A stretch of DNA of 29,449 nucleotides from Delftia acidovorans NBRC 14950. GTDB lineage: Bacteria > Pseudomonadota > Gammaproteobacteria > Burkholderiales > Burkholderiaceae_C. Below the pieces are notes generated by a model, which saw nothing but the letters and a program-made list of their open reading frames with translations, made no database searches and had not been told where the DNA came from. The stretch spans positions 1-29,449 of the forward strand of contig NZ_BCZP01000043.1 in the NCBI RefSeq assembly GCF_001598795.1. The letters run 5' to 3'. A program made the translations under genes and the position numbers. Positions 15,306 through 24,296 of the stretch are shown one piece after another; position 1 is the first letter of the stretch; every line of letters starts with the position of its first letter.

Positions 15306-16910
15306 TCAGTCCCAGCGATCGATCGTGTAGGCCTGGGTCCATCCATTCGAGACGACTCGCAGCGATGCGGGATAGGCGTTGCCCTGGTCGCGCAGGTCGA
15401 TGCCCACGGCAGAGCCTTCGGCCAGGCCGGCCATGGTGACTGCGTTGGAGTGCGCCTCCACCGTGGCGCGCACGCCGTGCAGCTCGGCGCGCAGCAGGCT
15501 GGGGAACAGCGCGGCACCCACGTTGCGGGTTTCGCGCGCGCCGTCCAGCAGCAAGATGATGCCGTCGCCCTGGTGCTTGAAGCGTTCGCCGTCATCGTCC
15601 CAGCGGGCCGGCAGCCGGGTGATACCCGCCACGCTGACCCAGCCTTCACTCAGGCCGAACTGGGCCGCGGGGGAGCCGCCGCTCCACACATACCAGGAGA
15701 ACGGATGGTCCCACTGGAACAGGCGCGGCGCGTCTTCGTTCACCGCCGTGGTGATGCCGATGAAGGGGTTGGCCGTGGCGCGGATCTGTACCTCGATCTG
15801 CTCGGCCGTGGGGATGATGGTGCGCACGAATTTCTGCAGCGTCATGGTGATGGCGGGCGTGGCCATGCCTGACTTGGGCTGTGCGGCGCCCTTGGGCAGA
15901 ACATGCGCAAAAAGACCGCTGCCCGTGCGTGGGGCGGGCTCGCGCCTGCGCGGCGTCCAGGTCTTGGGCACTTCCTCGAATCGGGCCATCCGGCGCGGCA
16001 GGGCAGGTGCCAGGCCCAGCTGCTCGAACACTTTCTCTGCCTGCGCAATGCCGCCGGCGGTGGGTGCCGCCTGCGGGCGCTGGTAGCGCAGCGGGTGCAT
16101 TTTTGCGGCGAACGCGCGCGAGACGTCGGCGTAGCTCTTGCCCGCCGCGATGTCTTCCAGCAGCGTGCCGATCATGGAGCTGCGCGGATGGCAGAAGCCG
16201 GCCGGCGCCGAGGCAATGGCGCGCCAAAGAATGTTGTCGGCTGCCTGCGGGCTCCTGGCCTGGGCGCGGTCCGTGTGCAACTGGTGCAGGAACTCGGCCT
16301 GGCCCAGCACCCGTTCGGCGCTGTAGAGCTGGTCGGAACGCAGCAGCTGCAAGGCGGTGGCCACATGGGCGCTGTGGAAGTCGCCAAGGGCGCGCTCCAT
16401 GGTGCTGAAGTCTTCGCGCCTTTCCGCCATCTTCTGGCCTGCGGTCAGCAGCGTGCGCTTGAATTGCAGCGCCTGCGGCACCGTGACGTGCATGTGCGGA
16501 TGCCCGCCCGCCTGGGGCCGGCCCCACACGGCAGGGGTGGCGAGGAAGACGCCACGCACGGTGGCGCGGCGCACGGCGGCGGCCATGGCCGCCACACCGG
16601 CACGGTGGATGCCGGGCGCATCATCGCCCCACAGCAGCGGCGTCTGGCGGCCGTCGGCCGCAAGGGTGACCAGGCCGCCAAAGCGGCGCACGAAATTCTG
16701 GCAGCAGCTGCAGGTATGGCGCTGGCGCAGTTCGGCAGGCAGGGCGGCCAGATAGTCGTCGAACAGGCCGGTGGCCGTGGTGTCGAAGACCTGGTCGCCG
16801 CCCTCCTTGAGTCTGGCCTCGAAGCGGGCCTGCAGGCCGTGGAGAAAATCTGCGTAGCTGTGTTCGTCGCCCGCGTTGTGGGCTGCGGCGTCCGGATTCC
16901 CTGCGTTCAT
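15306..16910 (-). CDS. Large hypothetical protein, no recognisable family
   Basis: 534 aa from ATG 16910, which is preceded by GAGGGTGG. Composition is balanced and unlike the Arg/Gly/Ala-rich shadow ORFs. The N-terminal region has HTCSCCQNFVRRFGG and HPHMHV. The middle looks helical and the last ~190 aa look beta-rich. I cannot assign a domain. Confidence 0.7.
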   Translation of the reverse strand: MNAGNPDAAAHNAGDEHSYADFLHGLQARFEARLKEGGDQVFDTTATGLFDDYLAALPAELRQRHTCSCCQNFVRRFGGLVTLAADGRQTPLLWGDDAPGIHRAGVAAMAAAVRRATVRGVFLATPAVWGRPQAGGHPHMHVTVPQALQFKRTLLTAGQKMAERREDFSTMERALGDFHSAHVATALQLLRSDQLYSAERVLGQAEFLHQLHTDRAQARSPQAADNILWRAIASAPAGFCHPRSSMIGTLLEDIAAGKSYADVSRAFAAKMHPLRYQRPQAAPTAGGIAQAEKVFEQLGLAPALPRRMARFEEVPKTWTPRRREPAPRTGSGLFAHVLPKGAAQPKSGMATPAITMTLQKFVRTIIPTAEQIEVQIRATANPFIGITTAVNEDAPRLFQWDHPFSWYVWSGGSPAAQFGLSEGWVSVAGITRLPARWDDDGERFKHQGDGIILLLDGARETRNVGAALFPSLLRAELHGVRATVEAHSNAVTMAGLAEGSAVGIDLRDQGNAYPASLRVVSNGWTQAYTIDRWD

Positions 16911-17039
16911 ATCCACCCTCATGCATCTGTCGAGGCGGCAATGATGCCCGACCGGCAAAGGTGGAATGCAAGGCAGATGGTTCTACCGCGCCATCACGGG
17001 ACGCGGGGAACCCCTCCCCATGCTGATCTGTCCGAGATC

Positions 17040-17381
17040 TCAGTGCAGCGCCACCATCAACTGCCCGTTCTCATTGCGCACCGCATGGGCGCGCACGGAG
17101 TGCTCGGGCGCCTCCAGGCATTCGCCGGTGGCCAGGTCGAAGTGGTGCTTGTAGATGGGCGAGGCGACGACGACGCGCTCGCCCAGGCTGCCGACCAGGC
17201 CGCGCGCGAGCACGCTGGCGCCGCAGCGCGGGTCCACGTTGTCTATGGCGTAGAAGCGGTCTTCGCCAAGGCGAAAGACCGCCACATGCCGGCCTTCGAC
17301 CAGGGCGCAGACCCCCGTGTCGGGGACGATGTCGCGGGTGGCGCAGACGGGCATCCACTGTTCTTGGGCGGGGTGTGTCAT
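17040..17381 (-). CDS. nirD: Assimilatory NAD(P)H nitrite reductase small subunit
   Basis: 113 aa with a Rieske-like fold lacking the Fe-S ligands. The typical NirD pattern is WMPVCATRDIVPDTGVCALVEGRHVAVFRL...SPIYKHHFDLATGEC. It lies 37 nt downstream of nirB. Confidence 0.9.
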   Translation of the reverse strand: MTHPAQEQWMPVCATRDIVPDTGVCALVEGRHVAVFRLGEDRFYAIDNVDPRCGASVLARGLVGSLGERVVVASPIYKHHFDLATGECLEAPEHSVRAHAVRNENGQLMVALH

Positions 17382-17418
17382 GGCGGTGCCTTGTCGGTGG
17401 TGTGGGTGCTGGCCGGGA

Positions 17419-19935
17419 TCAGGCCAGGGCCTCGCTGCGCTCTTCGCTGCGCGCCGGGCGGATCTGGCCGCGCTCCTGCACGAAGACGATGTGCTCGTCG
17501 GGCTGGTCGCTGTTGATGAAGCTGCGAAAGCGCTGGCGCACTTCGGGCGTGGTGACGGCGGTCTTCCACTCGCACTGGTAGGTGTCCACCACATGCTGCA
17601 TCTGGGCCTCGAGTTCGGCGCCCAGGCCCAGGCTGTCGTTGACCACCACGTCCTTGAGGTAGTCCAGGCCGCCTTCCAGGTTTTCGCGCCAGGTGCTGGT
17701 GCGCTGCAGGCGGTCGGCCGTGCGCACGTAGAACATCAGGAAGCGGTCGATGAGCTGCAGCAGCCTGTCCTTGGACAGGTCGGAGGCGATCAGCTCGGCA
17801 TGGCGCGGCTTCATGCCGCCGTTGCCGCAGACGTAGAGGTTCCAGCCCTTGTCGGTGGCGATCACGCCCACGTCCTTGCCCTGGGCCTCGGCGCATTCGC
17901 GCGTGCAGCCCGAGACGCCGAACTTGATCTTGTGCGGCGCGCGCAGGCCCTTGTAGCGGTTTTCCAGCTGCACGGCCAGGCCCACGCTGTCGTCCACGCC
18001 GTAGCGGCACCAGGTGGAGCCCACGCAGCTTTTGACGGTGCGCAGCGACTTGCCGTAGGCATGGCCGGACTCGAAGCCGGCCGCGATCAGCTCCTCCCAG
18101 ATCAGCGGCAACTGCTCCACGCGCGCGCCAAACAGGTCCACGCGGGCGCCGCCCGTGAGCTTGGTGTACAGGCCGTATTTCTTGGCCACCTGGCCGACGG
18201 CGATCAGGCCGTCCGGCGTGACCTCGCCGCCGGGCATGCGCGGCACCACGGAGTAGCTGCCGTCCTTCTGGATATTGCCCAGGTAGTAGTCGTTGCTGTC
18301 CTGCAGGCTGGCCAGCTGCGGCTGCAGCACGAATTCGTTCCAGCACGAGGCCAGGATGCTGGCCGCCAGCGGCTTGCAGACATCGCAGCCCAGGCCCTTG
18401 CCATGGCGGTGCAGCAGCTCGTCGAAGGTCTTGATGCCGCCCACGCGCACCAGGTGGTACAGCTCCTGGCGCGAGTGCGGGAAATGCTCGCAGACATGGT
18501 TGTTGACGGCCATGCCGCGCCGGGCCATCTCGGCCTTCATGACCTGGGTGGCCAGCGGCACGCAGCCGCCGCAGGTGGCGCCTGCCTGGGTGCAGGCCTT
18601 GAGCTCGGCCATGGTGCAGGCGCCTTCGCCCACGGCCGCGCAGATCTGCGCCTTGGTGACGTTGTTGCACGAGCAGATCTGCGCCGTGTCGGGCAGGGCG
18701 TCCACGCCCAGGCCGGGCTTGGCCTTGCCGTCGCTGGAGGGCAGGATGAGGAACTCGGGCTCCTCGGGCAGGGCGATGCTGTTGAGCGTCATCTGCAGCA
18801 GCGTGCCGTACTCATCGGCATTGCCCACCAGCACGGCGCCCAGCAGCTGGCGGCCGTCCTCGCTGACCACGATCTTCTTGTAGACCTGCTTGCGCTCGTC
18901 GATGAACTGGTAGTTGCGGCTGCGCGGCGTCTTGCCCTGGGCGTCGCCGATGCTGGCCACATCCACGCCCATGAGTTTGAGCTTGGTGCTGAGATCGGCC
19001 CCGCCGAAGGCGGCCTCGGCCTCGCCCGCAATGTGGCGGGCCGCCACGCGCGCCATGTCGTAGCCGGGTGCCACCAGGCCGAAGGTCTGCTCGCGCCAGG
19101 AGGCGCATTCGCCAATGGCGTAGACGTTGCGGTCGCTGGTGCGGCAATGGTCGTCCACGGCCACGCCGCCGCGCGGGCCTATGGCCAGGGCGCATTGGCG
19201 GGCGATCTCGTCGCGCGGGCGGATGCCGGCGGAGAAGACGATCATGTCCGTCTCCAGGTGCGTGCCGTCGGCAAACACCATGCGGTGGCGCGCCGTGGCG
19301 CCGTCGGTGATCTCCAGCGTATTGCGGCCCGTGTGCACCTGCACGCCCAGGTCCTCGATCTTGCTGCGCAGCACGCGGCCGCCGCCGTCGTCCACCTGCA
19401 CGGCCATCAGGCGCGGGGCGAACTCCACCACATGGGTCTCCAGGCCCAGGTCGCGCAGGGCCTTGGCGCATTCCAGGCCCAGCAGGCCGCCTCCCACCAC
19501 CACGCCGGTCCTGGAGCGCGCGGCCGATGCCTGCATGGCCTCCAGGTCCTCGATGGTGCGGTAGACAAAGCAGTGCGGCCGGTCGCGCCCCGGCACGGGC
19601 GGCACGAAGGGCGCCGAGCCTGTGGCCAGCACCAGCCGGTCGTAGGCGATGACTTCGCCATCGGCCGTGGTCACGGTGCGCTCGCGCCGCTCCACGGCTG
19701 CCGCCCTGGCCGCCAGGCGCAGTGTGAAGCCGCTGGCCTCGAAGAAGCCGGGCTCCACCAGGCTCAGGTCCTCGGCGCTCTTGCCGGAGAAGAATTCCGA
19801 CAGGTGAACACGGTCGTAGGCGGCGCGCGGCTCCTCGCACAGCACGGTGACGTTCGCGTCTGCCACGCCCAGGGCATGCAGCTGCTCGAGAAATTTGTGG
19901 CCCACCATGCCGTGGCCGATCACAACGATGTTCAT
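17419..19935 (-). CDS. nirB: Assimilatory NAD(P)H nitrite reductase large subunit
   Basis: 838 aa from ATG 19935 (MNIVVIGHGMVGHKF, GxGxxG). It has a second dinucleotide fold (VVVGGGLLGLECA) and a BFD-like 2Fe-2S region (ICSCNNVTKAQI...CGGC). The siroheme/4Fe-4S cysteines are SCVGSTWCRYG and SGCTRECAEA. Confidence 0.95.
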   Translation of the reverse strand: MNIVVIGHGMVGHKFLEQLHALGVADANVTVLCEEPRAAYDRVHLSEFFSGKSAEDLSLVEPGFFEASGFTLRLAARAAAVERRERTVTTADGEVIAYDRLVLATGSAPFVPPVPGRDRPHCFVYRTIEDLEAMQASAARSRTGVVVGGGLLGLECAKALRDLGLETHVVEFAPRLMAVQVDDGGGRVLRSKIEDLGVQVHTGRNTLEITDGATARHRMVFADGTHLETDMIVFSAGIRPRDEIARQCALAIGPRGGVAVDDHCRTSDRNVYAIGECASWREQTFGLVAPGYDMARVAARHIAGEAEAAFGGADLSTKLKLMGVDVASIGDAQGKTPRSRNYQFIDERKQVYKKIVVSEDGRQLLGAVLVGNADEYGTLLQMTLNSIALPEEPEFLILPSSDGKAKPGLGVDALPDTAQICSCNNVTKAQICAAVGEGACTMAELKACTQAGATCGGCVPLATQVMKAEMARRGMAVNNHVCEHFPHSRQELYHLVRVGGIKTFDELLHRHGKGLGCDVCKPLAASILASCWNEFVLQPQLASLQDSNDYYLGNIQKDGSYSVVPRMPGGEVTPDGLIAVGQVAKKYGLYTKLTGGARVDLFGARVEQLPLIWEELIAAGFESGHAYGKSLRTVKSCVGSTWCRYGVDDSVGLAVQLENRYKGLRAPHKIKFGVSGCTRECAEAQGKDVGVIATDKGWNLYVCGNGGMKPRHAELIASDLSKDRLLQLIDRFLMFYVRTADRLQRTSTWRENLEGGLDYLKDVVVNDSLGLGAELEAQMQHVVDTYQCEWKTAVTTPEVRQRFRSFINSDQPDEHIVFVQERGQIRPARSEERSEALA

Positions 19936-20005
19936 CTGGCGTCCTGCGTTGCGCATCCAGTGTTTTGCGGGCCGCAGGCCAGGGCCGGCGGGTCAGGGCA
20001 GCCAA

Positions 20006-20021
20006 TGCAAGTGCCGTGCCA
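20006..20021 (-). promoter_or_regulatory. Sigma-54 (-24/-12) promoter of nirBD
   Basis: The minus strand reads TGGCAC-GGCAC-TTGCA, an exact match to TGGCAC-N5-TTGCA. It lies about 70 nt upstream of the nirB ATG. Confidence 0.75.
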
Positions 20022-20046
20022 GCACCGCGGCGCGGTGCCTGCCCGT

Positions 20047-20081
20047 GGTGCACGCTGTCTGGTGCGCAGACAGCGTGCACC
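20047..20081. promoter_or_regulatory. Perfect 15-bp-arm palindrome upstream of the sigma-54 promoter (candidate enhancer-binding site)
   Basis: GGTGCACGCTGTCTG (20047-20061), a 5-nt centre, then CAGACAGCGTGCACC (20067-20081). The outer hexamers GGTGCA/TGCACC are NtrC-type half-site sequences, but at non-canonical spacing. Confidence 0.4.
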
Positions 20082-20125
20082 GCAATGCGCCCGCCGCACC
20101 GTGCAGGGGCGGGGTGCGCCTTGGT

Positions 20126-20170
20126 GGTGCGTCAGGTGCGTCAAGTGCGCCAGGAACGCCCGGTGCGTCA
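20126..20170. repeat. Five-unit 9-nt tandem repeat overlapping the AraC stop codon
   Basis: GGTGCGTCA GGTGCGTCA AGTGCGCCA GGAACGCCC GGTGCGTCA. Three units are identical and two are degenerate. The last unit contains the TGA (minus strand) of the AraC gene. Confidence 0.8.
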
Positions 20171-21175
20171 GGCGCGAGGCAGTCCCTGCGCGCGGCTGCG
20201 CCAGGCCTCGGGCGCGCAACCGAATTGCGCGGCGAACCAGCGCGTGAAGGCGCTGTGGCTGGCATAGCCGAGCATGGATGCGATCTGTCCCACGCTGTAG
20301 TGGGGGTGGTCCAGGTAGCGCAGGGCCAGTTCGTGGCGCACTTCGGTCAGCAGCTCGCTGAAGCTCAGGCCCTCGCGGTCCAGTTCGCGCTGCAGCGTGC
20401 GCAGGCTGCGCCCCATGCCCTGCGCCACGCCTGCGCAGGTGGCGTTGCCCGAGGGCAGCAGCAGGTAGATGACCCTGCGCGCCTGGTGGCCCACGGAGGC
20501 GGCACGGTGGGCCGGCATGGCCTCCACCAGCCGCAGCGCATAGCGCGCCAGCGCGGGGTCGGCCAGCGGGTTGGGCTCGTCCAGGTCGGCGGCGCGGCAG
20601 GCGATGCCGTTGAACTCGGCGCCGAACGTGATGCGGCAGCGGAACATGCGGCGGTGTTCGGACAGGTCGGCCGGTGGCGCGTGGCTGAAGCTGACGCCCT
20701 GCGGCCGCCAGCGCTCGCGCAGCAATGCCTCGCACATGCGCCACAGCACGCCCATGGCCAGCTCCACGGACTGGCGCATGGCGCCGTGCAGGACGAAGTC
20801 CTCGCGCAGGATGACGATGTCCCCTGCATCCTCCAGGTGGATCAGCAGCGATTCGTTGACCAAGTGCATGTGCGCGACCAGCGTGTCCAGCGCATGGCGC
20901 AGCGTGGGCTGGTGCAGCAGCAGCAGGCTCACGGCGCCGAAGCTCGACAGCTGGCGGTGCCGGGCCATGCGCAGGCCCAGGGACTCGCAGCCCGTGGACT
21001 GGGCCGCGTCTTCCAGCAGGCGCGCGACGATGGCCACGTCGATCAGCTGGTCCTGCTCGCGCAGCAGCGCGGGCCGCAGGCCGGCCTGGCGCAGTGCCTT
21101 GTCGGGGTCGCCGCCCAGTTCGCGCATGACGTCCGAAAAATGGGTCAAGGCCGCCGCGCGCACCATGGTGACCAT
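20168..21175 (-). CDS. AraC-family transcriptional regulator (AraC_binding_2-type N-domain)
   Basis: 335 aa from ATG 21175. The C-terminal double HTH reads VAQGMGRSLRTLQRELDREGLSFSELL...IASMLGYASHSAFTRWFAAQFG. It is divergent from the TauD-led operon across a 162-nt intergenic region. Confidence 0.85.
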   Translation of the reverse strand: MVTMVRAAALTHFSDVMRELGGDPDKALRQAGLRPALLREQDQLIDVAIVARLLEDAAQSTGCESLGLRMARHRQLSSFGAVSLLLLHQPTLRHALDTLVAHMHLVNESLLIHLEDAGDIVILREDFVLHGAMRQSVELAMGVLWRMCEALLRERWRPQGVSFSHAPPADLSEHRRMFRCRITFGAEFNGIACRAADLDEPNPLADPALARYALRLVEAMPAHRAASVGHQARRVIYLLLPSGNATCAGVAQGMGRSLRTLQRELDREGLSFSELLTEVRHELALRYLDHPHYSVGQIASMLGYASHSAFTRWFAAQFGCAPEAWRSRAQGLPRA

Positions 21176-21337
21176 GCTTGCCCTCCTGTCAGTCCGTGGC
21201 CTGGTGGCACGAAATGCAAAGAGGATGGCATGGCTTGCATAGTCCGCGGAACCGGGTTTTCCTACATTGCAGAGACCGGCCCCACGCCGGGCGGACCGTG
21301 CCGCCACGGGCCTTCACAACAATGACAGGAGACAGGC

Positions 21338-22186
21338 ATGCGCATAGAGCCCATGACATGTGCCATCGGCGCCGAATTGCTCGGCGTGCGGCTGGCCGAC
21401 GCGGTGCGCGACGACGCGCTTTTCTCGGAGATCCAGGCGGCGCTGCTGCGCCACAAGGTGCTGTTCCTGCGCGACCAGGGCCTGGCACGCGCCGATCACG
21501 TGGCCTTTGCGCGGCGCTTCGGCGAGCTGGAGGACCATCCGGTGGCCGGCAGCGACCCCGAGCATCCGGGCCTGGTGCGCATCTACAGGACGCCCGAGCA
21601 GCCCAACGACCGCTACGAGAATTCCTGGCACTGCGACGCCACCTGGCGCGAGGCGCCGCCCATGGGCTGCGTGCTGCATTGCGTGGAATGCCCGCCCGTG
21701 GGCGGCGACACCCTGTGGGCCAACATGGCGCTGGCCTACGAGCGCCTGCCGGACGCCGTCAAGGCGCTGATCGCGCCGCTGCGCGCGCGCCACAGCATCG
21801 AATGCACGTTCGGTGCGGCCATGCCCATCGAAAGGCGGCTGGCGCTCAAGGCCCAGTACCCCGATGCCGAGCATCCCGTGGTGCGCACCCATCCCGAGAC
21901 CGGCGAGAAGGTGCTGTTCGTGAACGGCTTCACTACGCATTTCACCAATTTCCATACGCCCGCCAATGTGCGCGTGGGCCAGGACTTCACGCAGGGCGCC
22001 TCCGGCCTGCTGCAGTACCTGATCGGCCAGGCTGCCATTCCCGAGTACCAGGTGCGCTGGCGCTGGCGGGCGGGCAGCGTGGCGATCTGGGACAACCGCG
22101 CCACCCAGCACTACGCGGCCATGGACTACCCGCCCAGCCACCGGAAGATGGAGCGCGCGGGCATCGTCGGCACGCCGACCTTCTGA
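21338..22186 (+). CDS. TauD/TfdA-family Fe(II)/2-oxoglutarate dioxygenase
   Basis: 282 aa with an AGGAGA SD. The facial triad H-x-D is in SWHCDATW and the distal His/Arg region is WDNRATQHYA. The GGDTLWANM motif is typical of the family. Confidence 0.9.
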   Translation: MRIEPMTCAIGAELLGVRLADAVRDDALFSEIQAALLRHKVLFLRDQGLARADHVAFARRFGELEDHPVAGSDPEHPGLVRIYRTPEQPNDRYENSWHCDATWREAPPMGCVLHCVECPPVGGDTLWANMALAYERLPDAVKALIAPLRARHSIECTFGAAMPIERRLALKAQYPDAEHPVVRTHPETGEKVLFVNGFTTHFTNFHTPANVRVGQDFTQGASGLLQYLIGQAAIPEYQVRWRWRAGSVAIWDNRATQHYAAMDYPPSHRKMERAGIVGTPTF

Positions 22187-22215
22187 ACCACGATCACGAC
22201 ACAAGGAGACATGCC

Positions 22216-23274
22216 ATGAATTTTCTCGACGGCCACCTGTTCCCCGAAAACCAGCAGCCCCTGATCATCACGGCCGCGCCCTATGCGCCCTCGTGGCTGC
22301 CCTCGGACTTTCCCGGCGAGATCGCCGTGACCATGGACGAGCAGATCCAGAAGGCCGTGGACTGCTACAACGCCGGCGCCACCGTGCTGCACCTGCATGT
22401 GCGCGAGCTGGATGGCAAAGGCAGCAAGCGCCTGTCCAAGTTCAACGAGCTGATCGCCGGCGTGCGTGCGCGCGTGCCCGAGATGATCATCCAGGTGGGC
22501 GGATCGATCAGCTTTGCTCCCGAGACGGACGGCGCGGCCGCCAAGTGGCTGTCCGACGACACGCGCCACATGCTGGCCGAGCTGGAGCCCGTGCCCGACC
22601 AGGTCACGGTGACCATCAATACCTCGCAGATGAATTTCCTGGAGCAGTTCGATGCGCGCGACATACGCGGCACCTCCATGGAGGACCCGGCCGTCTTCAA
22701 TGCCTACAGGGAGATGACCGTGCCCGCCCAGCCCGGCTGGGCCGAGGAGCACATCCGGCGCCTGTCGGCCGCCGGCATCCAGAGCGCCTTCCAGTGCTAC
22801 AACATCAACAGCTTCGAGTCCGTGGAGCGGCTCATGCGCCGCGGCATCTACAAGGGCCCGCTGGTGATGAACTGGGTGGCGATTGGCGGCGGCATGGACG
22901 CGCCCAGCATCTACAGCCTTGCCAACTTCGTGCGCGCCGTGCCCGACGGCGCCGTGCTCACCGTGGAAAGCTCGGTGCTCAACGTGCTGCCCGTGAACAT
23001 GATGGGCATCGCCATGGGGCTGCATGTGCGCTGCGGCACCGAGGACAACCTCTGGAACCAGCGCCGCACGGCCAAGATGGGCACGGTGGCGCAGATCGAG
23101 CAGCTGGTGCGCATCGCAGGCGAGTTCGGCCGCCCCATCGCCACGGCGCAACAGGCGCGGGAGATCTGCCGGATCGGCCAGTTCTACGGCACCGTGGAAG
23201 AGACGCTGGCGGCCAACGGCTTCGCACCCAACCGCAACGGCGCCCAGCAGGGATTTCTGCGCAAGGCCGCCTGA
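22216..23274 (+). CDS. BKACE-family beta-keto acid cleavage enzyme (DUF849, 3-keto-5-aminohexanoate cleavage enzyme-like)
   Basis: 352 aa from ATG 22216, preceded by AAGGAGA. It is TIM-barrel-like with PLIITAAPY and the H-x-H zinc motif in GATVLHLHVRE. The overall pattern is that of Kce-like enzymes. Confidence 0.8.
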   Translation: MNFLDGHLFPENQQPLIITAAPYAPSWLPSDFPGEIAVTMDEQIQKAVDCYNAGATVLHLHVRELDGKGSKRLSKFNELIAGVRARVPEMIIQVGGSISFAPETDGAAAKWLSDDTRHMLAELEPVPDQVTVTINTSQMNFLEQFDARDIRGTSMEDPAVFNAYREMTVPAQPGWAEEHIRRLSAAGIQSAFQCYNINSFESVERLMRRGIYKGPLVMNWVAIGGGMDAPSIYSLANFVRAVPDGAVLTVESSVLNVLPVNMMGIAMGLHVRCGTEDNLWNQRRTAKMGTVAQIEQLVRIAGEFGRPIATAQQAREICRIGQFYGTVEETLAANGFAPNRNGAQQGFLRKAA

Positions 23275-23288
23275 ACCGGGAGCCCACG

Positions 23289-24257
23289 ATGCAACGCATG
23301 CCCCCCTGGACGGCCATCGCCCTGGCCGCCTCGCTGCTGGCCGGCGGCGCCCACGCCTTCGGCGACAAGCCGGTCCGGCTCATCGTGCCGGCGCCGCCCG
23401 GCGGCACCATCGATGTGTTCGCGCGCATCATCAGCGACCAGCTGGCGCAGGAGATACGCCAGCCCGTCATCGTCGAGAACCGGCCTGGTGCCGGTGGCGC
23501 CATCGCCGTCAAGCACATGCTGTCCCAGCCGGCCGACGGCAGCACGCTGCTGGTGACGGTGACTAACATCCTCACCGAGGTGCCCCATGTGCTCAAGGTC
23601 GGCTTCGACCCCATGAAGGACGTGCGGCCCGTGGCGCAGATGGCGCGCTCGGTGATGCTGTTCATCGCCTCGCCGCAGTTTCCCGCGCGCGACGGGGCCG
23701 AGGCCATCGCCTACGTGAAGGCCCACCCGGGCACGCTGTCGTTCGCCTCGTACAGCCAGGGCACGGCCTCGCAGTACGCGGGCGCCATCCTCAACAGAAG
23801 GGCCCACCTGGACATGGAGCATGTGGCCTTCCCGGGCTCGGCGCCCGCGCTGGCCCAGGTCATGGGCAACCAGATCCCGCTGATGTTCGACGGATCGGTC
23901 ACCTCCAAGCCGCTGATCGCGGGCGGCAAGGTCAGGCTGCTGGCCGTGGCCTACAAGAGCCGGCTGCCCGACTACCCGCAGGTGCCCACGCTGGCCGAGC
24001 TGGGCTATCCCGAGGTGGATTTCAGCAACTGGAGCGGCGTGTTCGCCTCGGCGCAGACGCCACGCCCGCTGCTGGAGAAGATCCACGGCGCGCTGGCCCG
24101 GGTCAACGCCCGCAAGGCCGTGCGCGAACGCTATGCGGGCACGGGCTTCGAGCCCGTCGAAGGCGATCGCTCGCTGGAGCAGATGTCCACCGACCTGCGT
24201 GCCGAGTTCGAGCGCAATGCCGAGATCGTCCGGAACTTCGACATCCGGCTCAACTGA
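23289..24257 (+). CDS. Bug-family (TctC-like) periplasmic substrate-binding protein
   Basis: 322 aa with a signal peptide (AIALAASLLAGGAHA). It carries the Bug hallmark KPVRLIVPAPPGGTIDVFARII...ENRPGAGG. No TctA/TctB membrane partners are in the window. Confidence 0.9.
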   Translation: MQRMPPWTAIALAASLLAGGAHAFGDKPVRLIVPAPPGGTIDVFARIISDQLAQEIRQPVIVENRPGAGGAIAVKHMLSQPADGSTLLVTVTNILTEVPHVLKVGFDPMKDVRPVAQMARSVMLFIASPQFPARDGAEAIAYVKAHPGTLSFASYSQGTASQYAGAILNRRAHLDMEHVAFPGSAPALAQVMGNQIPLMFDGSVTSKPLIAGGKVRLLAVAYKSRLPDYPQVPTLAELGYPEVDFSNWSGVFASAQTPRPLLEKIHGALARVNARKAVRERYAGTGFEPVEGDRSLEQMSTDLRAEFERNAEIVRNFDIRLN

Positions 24258-24296
24258 TGCAGGGCGCCCCACCCAGGCGCTACACAAGGAGAATCC

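Noticed and set aside
20047-20081. The palindrome as an intrinsic terminator of the AraC gene
   Set aside because: On the minus strand the hairpin is followed by ACGGGCAGGCACC and not by a U-tract, so a canonical rho-independent terminator is not supported. It is kept as a candidate protein-binding site instead.
20126-20170. Possible CRISPR-like or minisatellite array
   Set aside because: The units are only 9 nt and directly abutting, with no spacers and no cas genes. It is a simple tandem repeat, reported as such.
17317-20247. 976-aa plus-strand ORF
   Set aside because: It is antisense to nirB, which has unambiguous FAD, 2Fe-2S and siroheme motifs. It continues through the nirB promoter region and is Ala/Gly/Val/His-rich. 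It is a shadow ORF.
21178-23274. 698-aa version of the BKACE ORF. The same applies to the long N-terminal extensions of ORFs 2595-3833, 3697-5514, 22293-24257 and 5573-6469.
   Set aside because: The upstream portions overlap the preceding real gene in another frame and are Arg/Pro/Ala-rich. The family-like sequence begins only at internal ATGs (22216, 2856, 3823, 23289, 6337), most with an SD or a stop/start overlap.
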